From NCBI GenBank assembly GCA_013265495.1, contig MU058337.1, positions 5,560,716 through 5,624,715 of the forward strand: a stretch of DNA of 64,000 nt, written 5' to 3'. This DNA is from Vicugna vicugna (Eukaryota). The translations under genes were made by a program, and so were the position numbers. Every line of letters begins with the position of its first letter. The first letter of the stretch is position 1. The notes under the pieces were generated by a model that had not been told where the DNA came from, did not search any database, and was given only the letters and a program-made list of their open reading frames with translations. This document shows positions 38,330 through 51,325 of this stretch, in pieces.

Positions 38330-40010
38330 TTATCGCAGATTCAATTTGACCCTGCCCCCATTTTGTACTCTCTCTCTCTGGGTGAAACCATTATCTTGAA
38401 GTTGTCCATTTGTGATGTTATACTTTTAACATACATGCATGTATCATAAACAATTTTACATGCCTTTCAATAATATATGTACCTATCTTTCTACAAATTG
38501 TCTTCATTCAACACTACAGATTTTTACATTATTTGTTGTAAATATACATTCACAGTGTTATGTGACCATCACTGATATCTACTTCCAGAACTTTTTCATC
38601 ATCACAAAGAGAAATTCTGTACTGATTAAACAATAACTCCCCATTTCTATCCTCCTCAGCCCCTGAACATCACCCTTCCACCTTCTGTCTCCATGAATTT
38701 GCCTGTTCTAGGTATCTTATGTAAGTGGAATCATGCAACATTTGTCTTTTAGTTCTGGTTTATTTCACTTAGCATATCAACAGTATGTTTTTTGATATCA
38801 ACACATATTAATACATACTGATCTAGGTCAGTCATCTTAAATACTGTATAGTATCTCAGTGTACTATGGACAATAGTTTATCCGTAAGTCTACTGATGGA
38901 CGTTTAAGTTTCAAATTGTTTGCTGTAACAAAAGCAAAGTTGCAGTGAACAGGAGCGATTCCCCAGGAAGTGGAAACGCTGGGTGTGTGTGACTTCAGTG
39001 TGACCGGAGAGCTGCCAGGTTGCCCTCTATTGTCACCAAACCGATTTACAGTCCTACCACAGTGGATCTGTGTTCCTGTCTTTTCTCACACTGACAGATT
39101 TTCATTTAATTTTTGACAGTTTGATGGATGTGAAATCATGTCCATTTTTTAAATTGTCATTTTCCTAATTAGTAGTGCAGCTGAGAGCTTTTCAGGTTTG
39201 TTAACCATTTCATAAGTTTCTTTTCATTTGAAATGTCTGCTCACAAACTTTGTGTTCTTTTAGATTATTTTTTGCCTTTTTATTGATTTCAGGAGGAGAT
39301 GCATATGTACATACATATACACGTACACCGACATATATACAGATTATACAGATGGATATTCTGCATAATAATCATTTGATTGCTGTGTAAACTTTAGGTA
39401 ACTTTATTAAACATCTCTATTATTACTTTGTTTTCTAGTTCATTAATTTCTGACTGTATATTATATTTTCCCTTCTACTTTGGTTTACTCTGTTTTTCTT
39501 TGTGCATTTTCTTGATTTGGACACTTCGTTTTTTTCAATTTTCCTTGTTTTCTAATTTGTGCATACAGGGCACAAATTTCTCCCTGAATAAATGCTTCAG
39601 CTCACCCACATGCACTGATAAGTTGTACTTTCATTTAATTTAAAATACTTTGTAATATCCCTGTTGCCGATCCTTCCGGGTTAGCTGAGTGGCTCGATTC
39701 TGACTTAACTCTTGGATGACCAGTGTGAGCGTGTTCTCCCTCAGTCTCCTGAAGACAGTTTCCGGGCACCTCTCATTGCTGTGGGGGAGCAGCTGTCAGT
39801 CTAGGTGCCAAGTCTTCCTAAGTCATCAGCTTCCCCGCCTCAGGTAGAGCATAAGATGTTCCTCTTGTCTTTGATTTTTTTACAGTTTAATTTTGACGCA
39901 CCTGAGGTGATTTTTTTTATTACTCTTTTAGGACTTGGGTATTCCCCAATCTGAGAATGTGTATTCTTCCTCAGTATGGAATGTTCTCCACCATCATGTT
40001 TCTCCTCCAG
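38330..40010 (-). mobile_element. Very old L1 (L1ME-like) pieces: 3' UTR, ORF2 and ORF1 fragments
   Basis: ctactgatggacgtttaag...tgctgtaaca; ttttcctaattagtagtg; ttttctagttcattaatttctg; gctgtcagtcta...tcttgtctttgat. Confidence 0.7.
38520..38776 (-). mobile_element. Younger L1 (L1MB-like) 3' end nested in the older L1
   Basis: cattcacagtgtt...ttccagaactttttcatcatc...ttaaacaataactcccca...taagtggaatcat...tttatttcacttagcata. Confidence 0.85.
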
Positions 40011-40116
40011 TCTGTCCATGGGGATGGGTCAAGGAAATGAATGATGCCAGAAGTTAACCACAATGAGTTTACTTGTACCTTTAAAAGAAATTATAAACAG
40101 AATGCAAGTTTAGACT

Positions 40117-40600
40117 GTGCTATGCAGCCATGATACTAACAAGACGACACACTCATAACAAGATCATTTGAGGAGGTTTATTTAGAAAGGGTCTGTTTGC
40201 AAAGGCCTCGCAAAGGGAGGAAGGGAGCCGCAGGAATAGCACAGTAATCTGGGGTTAATAACCAGAGCTAAAGGCCAAAAGGATGGGTGAAGAAAGCAGT
40301 TACCTGCACCTAGAAAGTGTGAGATCTGTTGAGAAGCCACCTTGGTATGAGCAATGACCTTAGATCAAGGGATACAGCCAGCTTCAAGTGACTTCACAGG
40401 GAGGAAGCCAGGGGTTTTAAAAAATGACCTCATTTTTCTGCCCCCTCCAATGTCCTGCCAGTACCTCTGCTGGTCAACACCAAGTGGAAGCCAGAGGACA
40501 CAGAAGCCCTTGATATTGTTCCTGTAGGTTAGCTGTCCCAGCAGAGATCATGTGTGAAGTAGAGGACATATCTGGAGACACAGGTGGAGAATATGCATTA
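40117..40600 (-). mobile_element. LTR33-like ERVL solo LTR
   Basis: gacacactca...tttgaggaggttta...cacagggaggaagccagggg...tcctgccagtacctc...ggaagccagaggaca. Confidence 0.75.
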
Positions 40601-41699
40601 GGGTATTTATTTTAGCTCCTAGAAGTAGGTAAAGCTCCCAATGGATATTTGAAAAGTATCTACTTTCTATGATCCTGTAATCATGGAAATTAAAAGCAAA
40701 TTGGTGAGTCTTTATCCTGCATTCCTGGGCACATACAAACCCAGTGCGTCTTATTATTTTAGAAGGACATCAGAAATGCTGTGCTTGGTTGGACCAATTC
40801 TCCACTGATCTCGGCAAGCTTTTTCTGAGAGGGCATCGAGAGACACTGAGACATTTAGTGGAAGAGCATAGTTTCTCTCCATGAACTTGTCTCCAGAAGG
40901 TAGGGCCGTTCTCCAATCGTCCACAGCATGAATAGGCTCTTTCCTTAGCTCTTGTCTTCCAGTCATGGTACATATTCAAGCAATTTGGGTTGAATAAATT
41001 AATGAGTGGTTGAAAAATTACTGACATTCTTTTCACTCTTTCTTCCAGTGGCTCATCCTTGATGCCCCAGAATTTCCAGCATGGCCATGGAGGAAGAGAA
41101 ATCCAAGGAACCAAAGAAACTTATCACTTTACAAGATATCTTTGTTGTTATTCTTATTACTGAGGGTGAGAAAAAGGAAATTATGGAGTGTTAAATAAAT
41201 AAATTATATCCCCTGTTTCCCAAGAAGGGGGTAGTCTTCAATCACTCTAAGATTTCCCATTCTCAAAAAAAGCAGTAATATCTGGTTAGTGGATTTAGGT
41301 GTAAAATGGCCTCTAAGTACCTGACCTAGGACCCTTAGACACCTTAAATTAATAACCAAAAGATGAATAAGCAGTTGTTTTTTTCTTCTCATTATTTCCC
41401 CAAAATTTATTATAGTGATATTCTGGAAACTGATTTTTTAGAGTATGCAATTTGTTCAACTCCCCAAAGCCAGAAAATAACGATATAATGTCTCATAAAA
41501 AGGTAATCTGTACTTCTAAATCTGCACACTTAATGGACTATTTGAAACTATAAAATAAAAAAACATCATGAGTTGGTAGAGAAATTATGCAAACGTATAA
41601 AACTGACTCAATATCTCACCTAAAATGGGAAGAAATTGCAAATAGCCCAATGTAGAGGACTAAGAAGCTGAAAGATTTTCTCCAAAGCCTCTTGTTTGT

Positions 41700-42040
41700 T
41701 TACAGGGTTTCTACTCTGAACTATTTGCATGTATAGGGGACCAAGTGTATTTTCACAGCACTCTTAGATGCAATAAGGAAAAAATAAAAAACATCCCTCA
41801 TCCTCAAAGAGCTAACATCCAGGCGGTGAGACAAAGCCTCCAGATACACAGCACTAATGTGAACGAGATGCCCGATGGCATTCAGAGAAGCATGCAGCAA
41901 ACAGCAAATGTAGCAGCCACAGCAGGAAGAGAGATCCTACTGGTGAGGGGGGAGTGGCCTGGCATCCAACCTGGGGCAGAGCTGAGGTGAAGCCATGGAA
42001 TCAGGGATGAGCATGGCACTTTGGGAAGCTGAGGAGGAAA
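41700..42040 (-). mobile_element. L2 3' fragment, very decayed
   Basis: catccctcatcctcaaagagctaacatccagg; ggcagagctgagg. Confidence 0.45.
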
Positions 42041-42156
42041 ACAATTTGATGGGAGCAAGAGATGTTGGAAAGTGGCAAGAGATGTTGGAAAGTGCCATGT
42101 CCCAGGGTCTGTCCCCTACAGACCCTGGGACATGGCAGGAAGTTTCTGAGCAGGAG

Positions 42157-42830
42157 AATAAGCAAGCCACAGACTGGGAGGAAATATTTGCAACACACGT
42201 ATCAGATAAAAGGCTTACCTCTCAAATATGTGATGAACTTGTACAACTCAATACTGAGAAGCCAAACAATCGAATTTACTTGGATGGACGAAAGACTTGA
42301 ACAGGCCCATCACATGACAAATGTATAAACAAATGGCCAGTGGTCACGTGAAAAAGTGCTCAGCATCATTAGTCATGAATGAAATGCAAATTAAAAGAAA
42401 AATGAGCTGCCACTTGACACCCACAGAATGGCTAAAATGAGTAAGACTGACAATAACAAGTGTTGACAACTGTTGTAAAGCAACTGGAATCCTCATGCAT
42501 TGCTGATGAGGACAGAAAACAGAAAAACCAGTTTGGGAAACAGTTTGGCTGTTTCTTATAAAATTATGTGGCCACTTACCTTGCAACCCAGCTATTCTAC
42601 TCTTGGGCATTTGCCCTAAAAAGCTGAAAACAAATGTCCAGAAAAAGACATACACAAATATGTGTGGCAATAATAATAATCAAAATTATTAATAATAATC
42701 AGAAGCTAGAAAAAATTCACATTTCCATCAACAGGAGAATAGACAGTGGGGATATAGCTATATAATAGGACATATACAATAAATAGAAACAAGCCCTTGC
42801 ACAATACAGATGAATCTTAAAAACACTGAG
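42157..42830 (+). mobile_element. Old L1 ORF2 C-terminus / 3' UTR
   Basis: Translates to KQATDWEEIFATHVSDKRL (L1 ORF2 C-terminus); also tgctcagcatcattagtcat...gaaatgcaaattaaaa and tttgggaaacagtttggc. Confidence 0.9.
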
Positions 42831-42859
42831 AAGGATTTCAGAGTAGGTAATTACTAATA

Positions 42860-43240
42860 CTGCTCAATGCTCAGGAATGCCTCAGGGACCCAGGCTCTTT
42901 CTCTGTTTCTGCTCCCCTGCCCTTACCATCCCGACTTTCATTCTCATGATCACAAGGGAGCTGCTACAGCTCTGGACATCACGTCATGTCAAAGGTGGAA
43001 GGAAGAGGGGAAGAGCAGCACCAGTTCCGTCTGCCTACTTCTTATCAGACTTCTACTTAACAATTCTCTTTTCTGGCTTTCATATGTTTGGACAGAACAG
43101 GGTCACAGAGCAACCGCTATGAAAGCCAGAAAAGAGAATTGTCCATATTGATTTAGACTAGTTTTGATTTTCTCTTCTTAGAGCAAGGGCATGTTACCAC
43201 CCAGAGCAAAATCAGAGTTCTTTCAGCAAGACAGACAGCA
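42860..43240 (-). mobile_element. Old MaLR LTR (MLT1K/L-like)
   Basis: agggacccaggctctttc...ctcatgatcacaagggagctgctacagctc...caaaatcagagttct. Confidence 0.65.
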
Positions 43241-43584
43241 GAGATGGATCTCCCACCGACAACTAGCAGTGTCAGCCGTACGACTTCAAAGTCAAAACAA
43301 ATCAGTCTAAATCCCTTGGGCGTGGGACAAGGAAGAGACAGCGAAGAGATCAAATGGCCTAAGCCACGTTGCAGGCACCCACAAGAAGTCAGGGCACTTC
43401 CTCTCAGGCAGACACTAAGAAGTTCACTCCATACAAAGGAAGGGGACAGTGGTGTCGCCAAAGACATTTTGAAATAGCTGCTGAGTAATGAGAACCAAGG
43501 ACGAGGACGTGGGGAGCCCCAGGGCTATGTGCTGGCATTAAGAAACAAGTTAGAGTGAGGGATTTAAAGAATGAAGAACAAGGG

Positions 43585-43950
43585 TGTATTATCAGCTCGG
43601 GATACCATAATGAAATACCACAGACTAGACAGTGCCAATGACAGAAATTTACTTCCCACAGTTCTGGAGGCTGGAAGTCCAAGATCAGTACCAGCCAATA
43701 CAGTTCTCAGCAGGGACTCTCTTCCCGGCATGCAGACAGCTGCCTTCTCTCTGTGTCCTCACGCGGCAGAGAGAGCACTCTGGTGTCTCTTCCTCTTCTT
43801 ATAAGGGCACCAGCCCTATGGGATTAGGGTCTCACCCTTATGACCTCATTTAACCTTTATTACCTCCTCACAGGCCACATACAGTCACATTGAAGGTTGG
43901 GGCTTCAACATATAAATGTGGGCGGGGACACAAACATTCAGTCCATAACA
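43585..43950 (-). mobile_element. MaLR MLT1A0-type solo LTR with perfect 5-bp TSD
   Basis: TG...CA termini; cacagttctggaggctggaagtccaagatca; acacaaacattcagtccataaca; TSD aaggg at 43580-43584 and 43951-43955. Confidence 0.95.
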
Positions 43951-45609
43951 AAGGGTAGACAATGAACTGCTTAGGGAATATGTCCCATTTTAGATGAACA
44001 CATGACCCTGGACATCAGGACCTTCCTCCAGACTAAACGTCTAATTCTGTTGAGTGAAAAACCGTAACAGCAGCACTTGGGACAGAATAAACCTCAAGTT
44101 TTGTTTCCCCACTAGAGTCAACAGGCTCAGTCTGGTAGATGGCCCGTTCGCCTGGAATGCTGGGGATGCTCGTCTCTGCATAGCCAGCCTCCTATACCCT
44201 ACACAGCAGAGCTCCCGACGGCTGCCTGGAGCAGATGCGCTGTTTACAAACAAAATACATTGGCTGGCTTATAGCAGCTGTGATTAAGCTAATGACTAAG
44301 TGCTGTTCTAAGATGGCATGTATCTGAAACCCACATATCTTGCATGCTATTATTTGTTTTGGTAAATGTTTAGACAGCTGGTGGAAGTGTGCCCTGACAC
44401 TGGCATTAAAACGCACACTCGAAGAGTGCATCGTGCACTCCCAGCATCTGAGGTTCTTTCTCCTCTCTCATGCAGGAGAGACTCAGATCTGCTGTTCCGA
44501 GGCAAAGCCATCAGAGCTCAACCCCCTGTGTCCCAGGAGTGATAGTTTATGTTTCAAATGATGAAAAGACTATAACTGCCCCTCTCATGGCCTCATAAAA
44601 GCATGGACACATTTTAGCTGAAACAGGCTTAATAACCTTCTAATCCCATGGTGTCCAAACTCCCTTTGGCAGCAGAATGCTGTTTTCAAATGAAATATTC
44701 TGCAAAGAGGAAATGTTCTCCAAGAGAAAAGAACAGCACTGTTGAGCTAAGGCAGGTGCCGGTGACTCTCCCAGCCGCCCAGGGAGGCCCCAAGTGTCCC
44801 TGCGGTACCCTAGACCTCAGAAGGGCCTGGGCTGCAAAGCACTTCTCTAGTCTGTTTCAGAGACTTCTTGCCTCTCCAGACTCCTTACACATCTTGGGAA
44901 ATAGAATCAGGCCCTTCCTGTCAATCTTCAGAAACAGGATCCTAGTAGGGGAGACTAGGCAAGAGAAATAAGACTGAAAATTCCCCATTACCTCTTAGCT
45001 CAAATCAGCTGTGACTTCTACGTGCTAAAATAGTTGAAAAGTAGAGCCTGTCTTTCCCAGGAAGGAGATGAACATTAAAAAAAAAAAAATACAAAGGAAA
45101 GATGTGTGGATGGATTACTGGCTTAGATGGGATGGGTATGAATCCAGGTTCGAATTCTGGTTGAGCAGGGTTGCGAGGAAGAGGCCTGGGACCTCATTCG
45201 CCGGTCCTCTGCCCATCCCCCCTCAACAAGGGTGGAAGCCTCAGAAGCACCCCCGCAGAAGGCTGTCTCCACAGAACACAGTCTGAAACCCGTCCTTCAA
45301 CACTAATGCCTGTAATAATAATGGGTGAGGGAAGTTACTAAAGAAATAATGCCTCTAAGTGAGGCTATCCAAGAGGTAGCATGACTCAAATTGGGTCGGC
45401 CATAGCATTCATCACTCCTCCTTCCGCCCCCTTGTCCACCCCCAAACACAAAATCCTGTCTCCTGCTAAAAGAGAAAGCTGCCAGATGTGATGTAAATTT
45501 TAAGCATGGAAAAAAAGACGGAACTATTATCGGGTTATAAACATTAATACTTCAAAAGGCCAACCCAAGGACAATCCAGAGGATGCCTTCTGAATGCTTT
45601 GATAATAAC

Positions 45610-45860
45610 AATTACTGATAACTGCATCATGCTTATGCTTTTATGTGTTCTTCCATTTAATTACCACATTTTATAAACACGCTTTCATTCACCCATCACA
45701 TCTCTGGGGCAGGTTTAATTATCATTTCCTGTTTACAGGTAAGGAAATCCATCTCCAGAGATGCTGACTGACTTGCCGAATGTCACACAGTCAGAAAGAT
45801 CAAGGCTGGGTCTAAATTCCCAGCCCTCTGACTCTACAGTTTATGCCTTGCTCCTCTCCA
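45610..45860 (-). mobile_element. MIR SINE
   Basis: tttacaggtaaggaaa...tgacttgccgaatgtcacacagt...ctctgactc. Confidence 0.7.
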
Positions 45861-46962
45861 CCACAAGACACTACCTCCACCTATCAAGAATCTCCCTTCC
45901 AAGAAATAGAGGCCAGGTTATGTGCCTACTGCAAATGTACTTGGTCCAAGATGGACCTGTTTGGTCCCATGGTGTGGTTAAGACACAATTATGAAGTGTA
46001 AGCCATAGGGATTTCTGTGTAGCCTCAGAAAAAAAGAAGCAGCCTCGATTTCAATTGTGGCACATTCACTCTGTAATCACGCTGTTCTGGTCTGGTGTGT
46101 CATTCCTTTTTAATCTCCAAGTAAATCAGAATGTCACATGCCACAAAAGCTGTGAAATTCTGAGCCTGCCATGGAAATATGACTCCTGATGCATGTCAAA
46201 AGAAATTCGTCAAATCCAGAGAATTTCTTCCAAGGGAAGCTTTGCATTTTTCAGCTCATTGTTTTCACCCCCCTGTCAACTGTGTTGGACATAGCATTAT
46301 GGGTGAAATGGTTACTTTTAATTGTATTCATTAAAGAAGCACCATTTATTTATCTGTGCATAATTTTGGGTAAAAGAAATTACTCTAAGACTCTCTCTCT
46401 CTATTCAAGAGTCTCTTTCCATTATGAGATATAGTGTGAAATTTGTCATTTTTCCATGACCATACCATAAAAATCTGTTGTCTTTCTCCATGGTTTCCAT
46501 CTTTTCTTCCAACTTTATAGATAAGGTAGACTTTTCCTAGAAAAATCAATGGAGTTAGATCAGTAGTACAAGTCATAATTTCATACCTCTGGCTAAGGAA
46601 AAAGGCTAGAATGGGGACATGCGGGTGTTTCTCCTCCAGTTAAGGTGGGTTGGCTGAGGATGAGGTAAAGAGATCATTGATTTACAAGACATATACTCAG
46701 ATTCAACCTCAGGTGTTTCCAGGAAATTCTAAAAGCCATTGGCCAATAAGAATCAAGTGGTTCAGAGCACCAGCCTTTGTCATCTGAGAATGGTTTCTCC
46801 TCAATGCTACCTTCAAGATTATGACTACCCATATCTCAGCTGGCTATGAAGATTTATCCACATAATGCTTATGCCTTATTGGGGAAATTCTAGCACAAAT
46901 ATGGCCCTTAGCTTGAAAAGCAATCCCCACAGCTCTCAACAATCAAAAGATACCTGATTTTA

Positions 46963-47090
46963 GTAACCTATAATGAAAAAGAATATGAAAACAAATACAT
47001 GTATGTATATTTATGACTGAAACACTATACTATACACCAGAAATTGATACATTATAAACTGACTATACTTCAATTTAAAAAAAGAAAAAA
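46963..47090 (+). mobile_element. Short 5'-truncated artiodactyl-type L1 tail
   Basis: taacctataatgaaaaagaatatgaaa...tgactgaa...tacaccagaaa...actatacttcaatt followed by poly-A; degenerate TSD agatacctgatttta/agatactgacttta. Confidence 0.85.
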
Positions 47091-48185
47091 GAGATACTGA
47101 CTTTAAGATAAAAATCCAAGTCTCTTTGTAAATATTGGGATAAATGCTGAGGTTAAATTGTCTTTCTACCATATCTTTTATTTACAAAATATTTTAAACC
47201 AATTGGAATCTTTATTCCCATCACCATAGGACATGAACTGTTCACTTTTATTTACAGAAAAGGAAAATTTTCACAGGGAAAGGAAAAAGGAGAGCCAGCA
47301 AGGTAAAGTGGATTCCAAAGTCAGAACTTGAGCTTGGATTAGGGACAGCTGCTTCTCCACACAATCATTTATTGTCTAATACTAGTTACACACTGTACCC
47401 AGGAGATCCTCAAAACTTTTTTCATCTCCAGAGTGGTGAAAAACATATCAAAAGCAATTCCCAGGTGAAAATGGGACATTTTCTCACATCCTTTTGACTT
47501 CACCAATAAGGCAGCTGTGGCCCAGACTGGAGGAAGGGGTTCTCCTGGCAGATTTTCTAGCCTGAAGGATTCCTAGGTCTCCCCCAAACCAGAGATTCTA
47601 GAGTCATTGCAAGGCTGTCAAAGGTCCTTGGATGCCTTGCTAGGGGAGTGTGGGTAGCAGGCAGGATGATAATACACCCTAGTTCCCTAGCAGACCTCAG
47701 CATCCGCCTGTTGGCCTTGCATAGTCACTGATAGTATCCCCTTTCATCTTCAAAAGTGAACATTGGCAAAATACTTGGACAACATATTGTATAATCTCCC
47801 TACTAATGACAGAAACACTACTTCTGTCTGGGTTTACTCCGTAAGAAATTCAAACTCTATAAACTGTTATAAGAAACCAGAAAAAGCAATCACTAAAACT
47901 AAGAAAAAATATGAAATGCTTTGCTTCATGCACTCAACAATATTTATAAGACATAGTGTTTACTTAGCCTTAAGGTGAATATGAAGATGTGTAAGACTAT
48001 GGTCCTTGCCCTTTTTTTATGAGTTTAGCCAAATTAATCCTAAGTCATAAGATCTCATTGTCTGTCCTTCCGCTGTCGGTTCCAAACAACAAACTCCTGT
48101 GAGTTTCATTATTAGAGTCTGGATTCTCCAGATTTCTGCTCCTGTGACCTGATCTTTACTATCTCTATCTTGTTCTTCCTTGGTA

Positions 48186-48481
48186 CGGTGGGAACGCTCT
48201 AAGACGGACCCCAGCAATTCTGTCTCCAAGCAAACACGTCATTGGATGATTCTCTCCCCTTGAGTGTTGTCTAGACTTAACAACTCACTTCTAGGAAAAA
48301 GAAGATGGCAGAAATGACTGGATAACACTTGGGAGACTATGACTACAGCTTTTGGGGAGACCTAGAGGCAGCGACACCCAGACTCCTGACCCATAGAAAT
48401 GACAAGACAGTAAATGTTCATTGTTTTAAGACACTAAGTTTTGTGATAACTTTTTACCTAGAAATAGACACTAATGATACA
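48186..48481 (+). mobile_element. MaLR MLT1F/E-like LTR, internally deleted
   Basis: ctctaagacggacccca...ctccccttgagtgt...cacttcta; 3' end gactcctgacccatagaa...taaatgttcattgttttaagacactaagttttgtg. Confidence 0.75.
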
Positions 48482-50684
48482 CCGGACCTGGTCTCATCCT
48501 GTACCAAAGACACAGGCTTCTCACTATTGCAGCGCGGACCTTATTCTCGCCCTCAGTATAGGCTAGTAAACAGGCAGCCCCAATGCTACTCGTCCCTCAA
48601 AACTACTAGAGATGACCAAGGAAACTTCCATTGCACGGCAGACTAGTGACCATAGCCTTTCCCTGCTTCAAGATTCTGGTGCCAGTTCCTGGGCTCTGTC
48701 CAGTCTCCAGGGCTGGTGGAACCATGGAGGAAGTGCCTGGAACATCTCTTAGGGTCCTTCTCTTTCCTATTTTACTGTTACAAAAAATTGGATCTTAAGC
48801 CTATCTTTTCTGTTCTTTTTAACATTTCTAGAGCAGATGGATGGCTAATTATCTTACAAGATCCATCCACAGGGTTTCAAATTCAGTTCCCAGTAGCTTT
48901 TTAATCCTTTTGCATGAAGATAAACAAATAGTCGAGACACGTGGACATTTCTGGTACTGTGGTAAATACAAAACAAAGTATGTTAGAAAGATGCCTTTGC
49001 TTCCACTCAGGAGTTTTAATGTTATTTTAAAAAAAAAGTAAATAAGCCCAAGGGCATATGTAACGAGGAGAAAACAGTGAACAGCAAAGAGACAGCACCT
49101 CCAGAAGAGCACAAGCTAGAAGGTGTAGGTGTTCATGCCAGGCAGAGACTTAGTGTTGGCGGGTTTCACACGGAAGACTAGACTGACTTCTACAAGAACA
49201 TTACATCTTGTCCTCCTACGAGAACAATTCGCCAAGCATGTAAAAGTGTTCCTGCATCCATTAACACTTCATTCTGAAAAGCCTGACTATGACAGAGGAA
49301 AAAGTTGAAATCTCATCTCACCCTGAAAGCCTACTTAGTTAGAGACCAGAAAACAAAGATTTCTCTTCATGAGAGCACACGGAGTACAGCTTTTGTACTC
49401 TCAGGTGAGAGCAGAATTATACGGAGGCAGACTAAGATTTCCTTTTGGGAAATGAATGTCTTTTACCTAACAGTCATAAACAAATCTAACTACTCTGTCA
49501 GGTCCCACATCCCATGCAAAGCCCAGGCACAGAGCCACTGCAAGCCACCAACAAGAGCAAGACTCCAAAAATGGTACAAAGCAGATTTTTCCTCCCTTTG
49601 CGTTGCATCCCTGTGGGATGACTAAGGCAGCTCTGTCCTTAACAAAAAACTGTGATCATTTTGTGATTTTTATCAGACACAATGTGCTTGTGTTTTGAGA
49701 AATTGAAGGATGGCCAAGTAAACTGTGTAACATTCAGCTTGACTCCTTCTAGAACTCATGTTCAGTAGCCAGGGCAAAGCTGAGACAGCACCATTAGGAT
49801 GTGTGTCCATTTCTGAAATAGATACAGATGAGCCCCTTATCACAGTGTTTTGCAAGATCTGAGGCTGGAAAGAGGCAGTGGCAGAGCAGAATCTGAGCCT
49901 CTGAATGCTTCAAAGTTCAGTCTTTAGGCAAATGAGGAAAGAAGCCAGCGTGGGACCTCCATCCTCTGAGAGCCCATGACTGGTCTCAAACATTTGGATT
50001 TAGAACTCTGTGTCTGAAAAGGTCAGCAGAACCAACAAAGATGGCCTTTGGTCTTCCTTACTGGTTCTCTTTCCCTCCGACTAAGCCGTGCTGTTCCTCT
50101 TAGGTCATTTATTACTTCTGCATCCTTGGCTTGCCCTTCTCAAACACACCCCTCCACACAAGACACACACACAAACAAACACACTCACACACAAACCCCA
50201 AAGCCTGTCCCAGATCCTTTATTCTTTCCACTCAAACCCAGTCAAAATACAAATGTGCCCTCTGCACAGCAAGTGACACAAAAGCCTCAGTGCACTGGAC
50301 TTGACTTATACTGTGGAGATATGAGTCACTGCCTCTAATTCCCAACCACCCGATCATGTTGCAGTTTTTATCCAATTAATCTCTTAATAGTCCTTGGAGA
50401 CAGGAAGGAGCAGTGACTTAGATAAACCAAAATCCCCCAGGTCTATCTCTTTATTTCTTGCATCACTTTGCACGCCAAAGCCAAGGCTGCCGTGGCTCCA
50501 CGCAATGACTGTTGCTGTTCAGTGGCTTGTCCAAGTTCAGCCTTAAAGAGGATGAATACAAATCAGGCACAAGTCAAACTCTGACTTGGCTCCTGAAATT
50601 CCAGCTAGAAGGATTCAAACAAAGGCCACGTGCCTAAAATAAACAGTATGGCAACCTCTTAGAAAAACAAATTGACTGCATATC

Positions 50685-51072
50685 TTTATAAGCTGCATTG
50701 TGTCCCTTCTAGAGTCCAGACATCGAAGTCCTAATCCCCATACCTCAGAATGTGACTATATTTGGAGACAAGGTCTTTGGATAGGTCGTTAGGGTGGACA
50801 CGAATCAATATGACTGGTGTCCTTATGAGAAGAGGAAATTTGGACACAGACATTGTACAGAGGAAAGATGATGTGAAGACACAGGGAGAAGACACATCTA
50901 CAAGCCAAGGAGAGAGGCCTGGAACACAGCCTTTCCTCGTGGCCCTCAGAATGAACCAACAGTGCCTTGATTTCAGACTTCCAGCCTCCAGAACTGTGAG
51001 ACAATCAATTTCTGTTGTTTCAACCACCCAGTGGGTGGTACTTTGTAACAGCAGATCTAGGACACTGATACA
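50685..51072 (+). mobile_element. MaLR MLT1B-type solo LTR
   Basis: acctcagaatgtgactatatttggaga...atgactggtgtccttatgagaagaggaaatttggacacaga...cttccagcctccagaactgtgaga; TSD atatc/acatc. Confidence 0.93.
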
Positions 51073-51139
51073 ACATCCGTTTCCACACTAGGAACCTGCA
51101 TGGTTCCCTGGGTGGAAGCACATCTTAGGGGATCAGCTT

Positions 51140-51325
51140 GGCTGGAGTTACACCACCACGACCTCACTGTGTGAACTCGGACAAGGTACTTCACCTTCCT
51201 GAGACACGTTTCTTCACCTGTAAAATGTGGATAATAATGCCCATCTCACAGAGCTGTTATGAAGATTAAAGAAGATAATGCCCAAGAAATGCTGGGGACA
51301 TGCCAAGTGCCCAATAACAGTGACT
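51140..51325 (+). mobile_element. MIR SINE
   Basis: tgtgtgaactcggacaag...tttcttcacctgtaaaatgtggataata...cacagagctgttatgaagattaaa. Confidence 0.8.

Noticed and set aside
40754..40966. Protein-like minus-strand ORF, and a possible plus-strand ag...gt exon at about 40763-40899
   Set aside because: The peptide is unrecognised, and the plus-strand candidate exon has stops in all three frames.
41995..42300. 101-aa ORF MESGMS...DGRKT
   Set aside because: A chance read-through from L2 and the micro-rearrangement into an L1 ORF2 C-terminal fragment; no supporting promoter or splice evidence.
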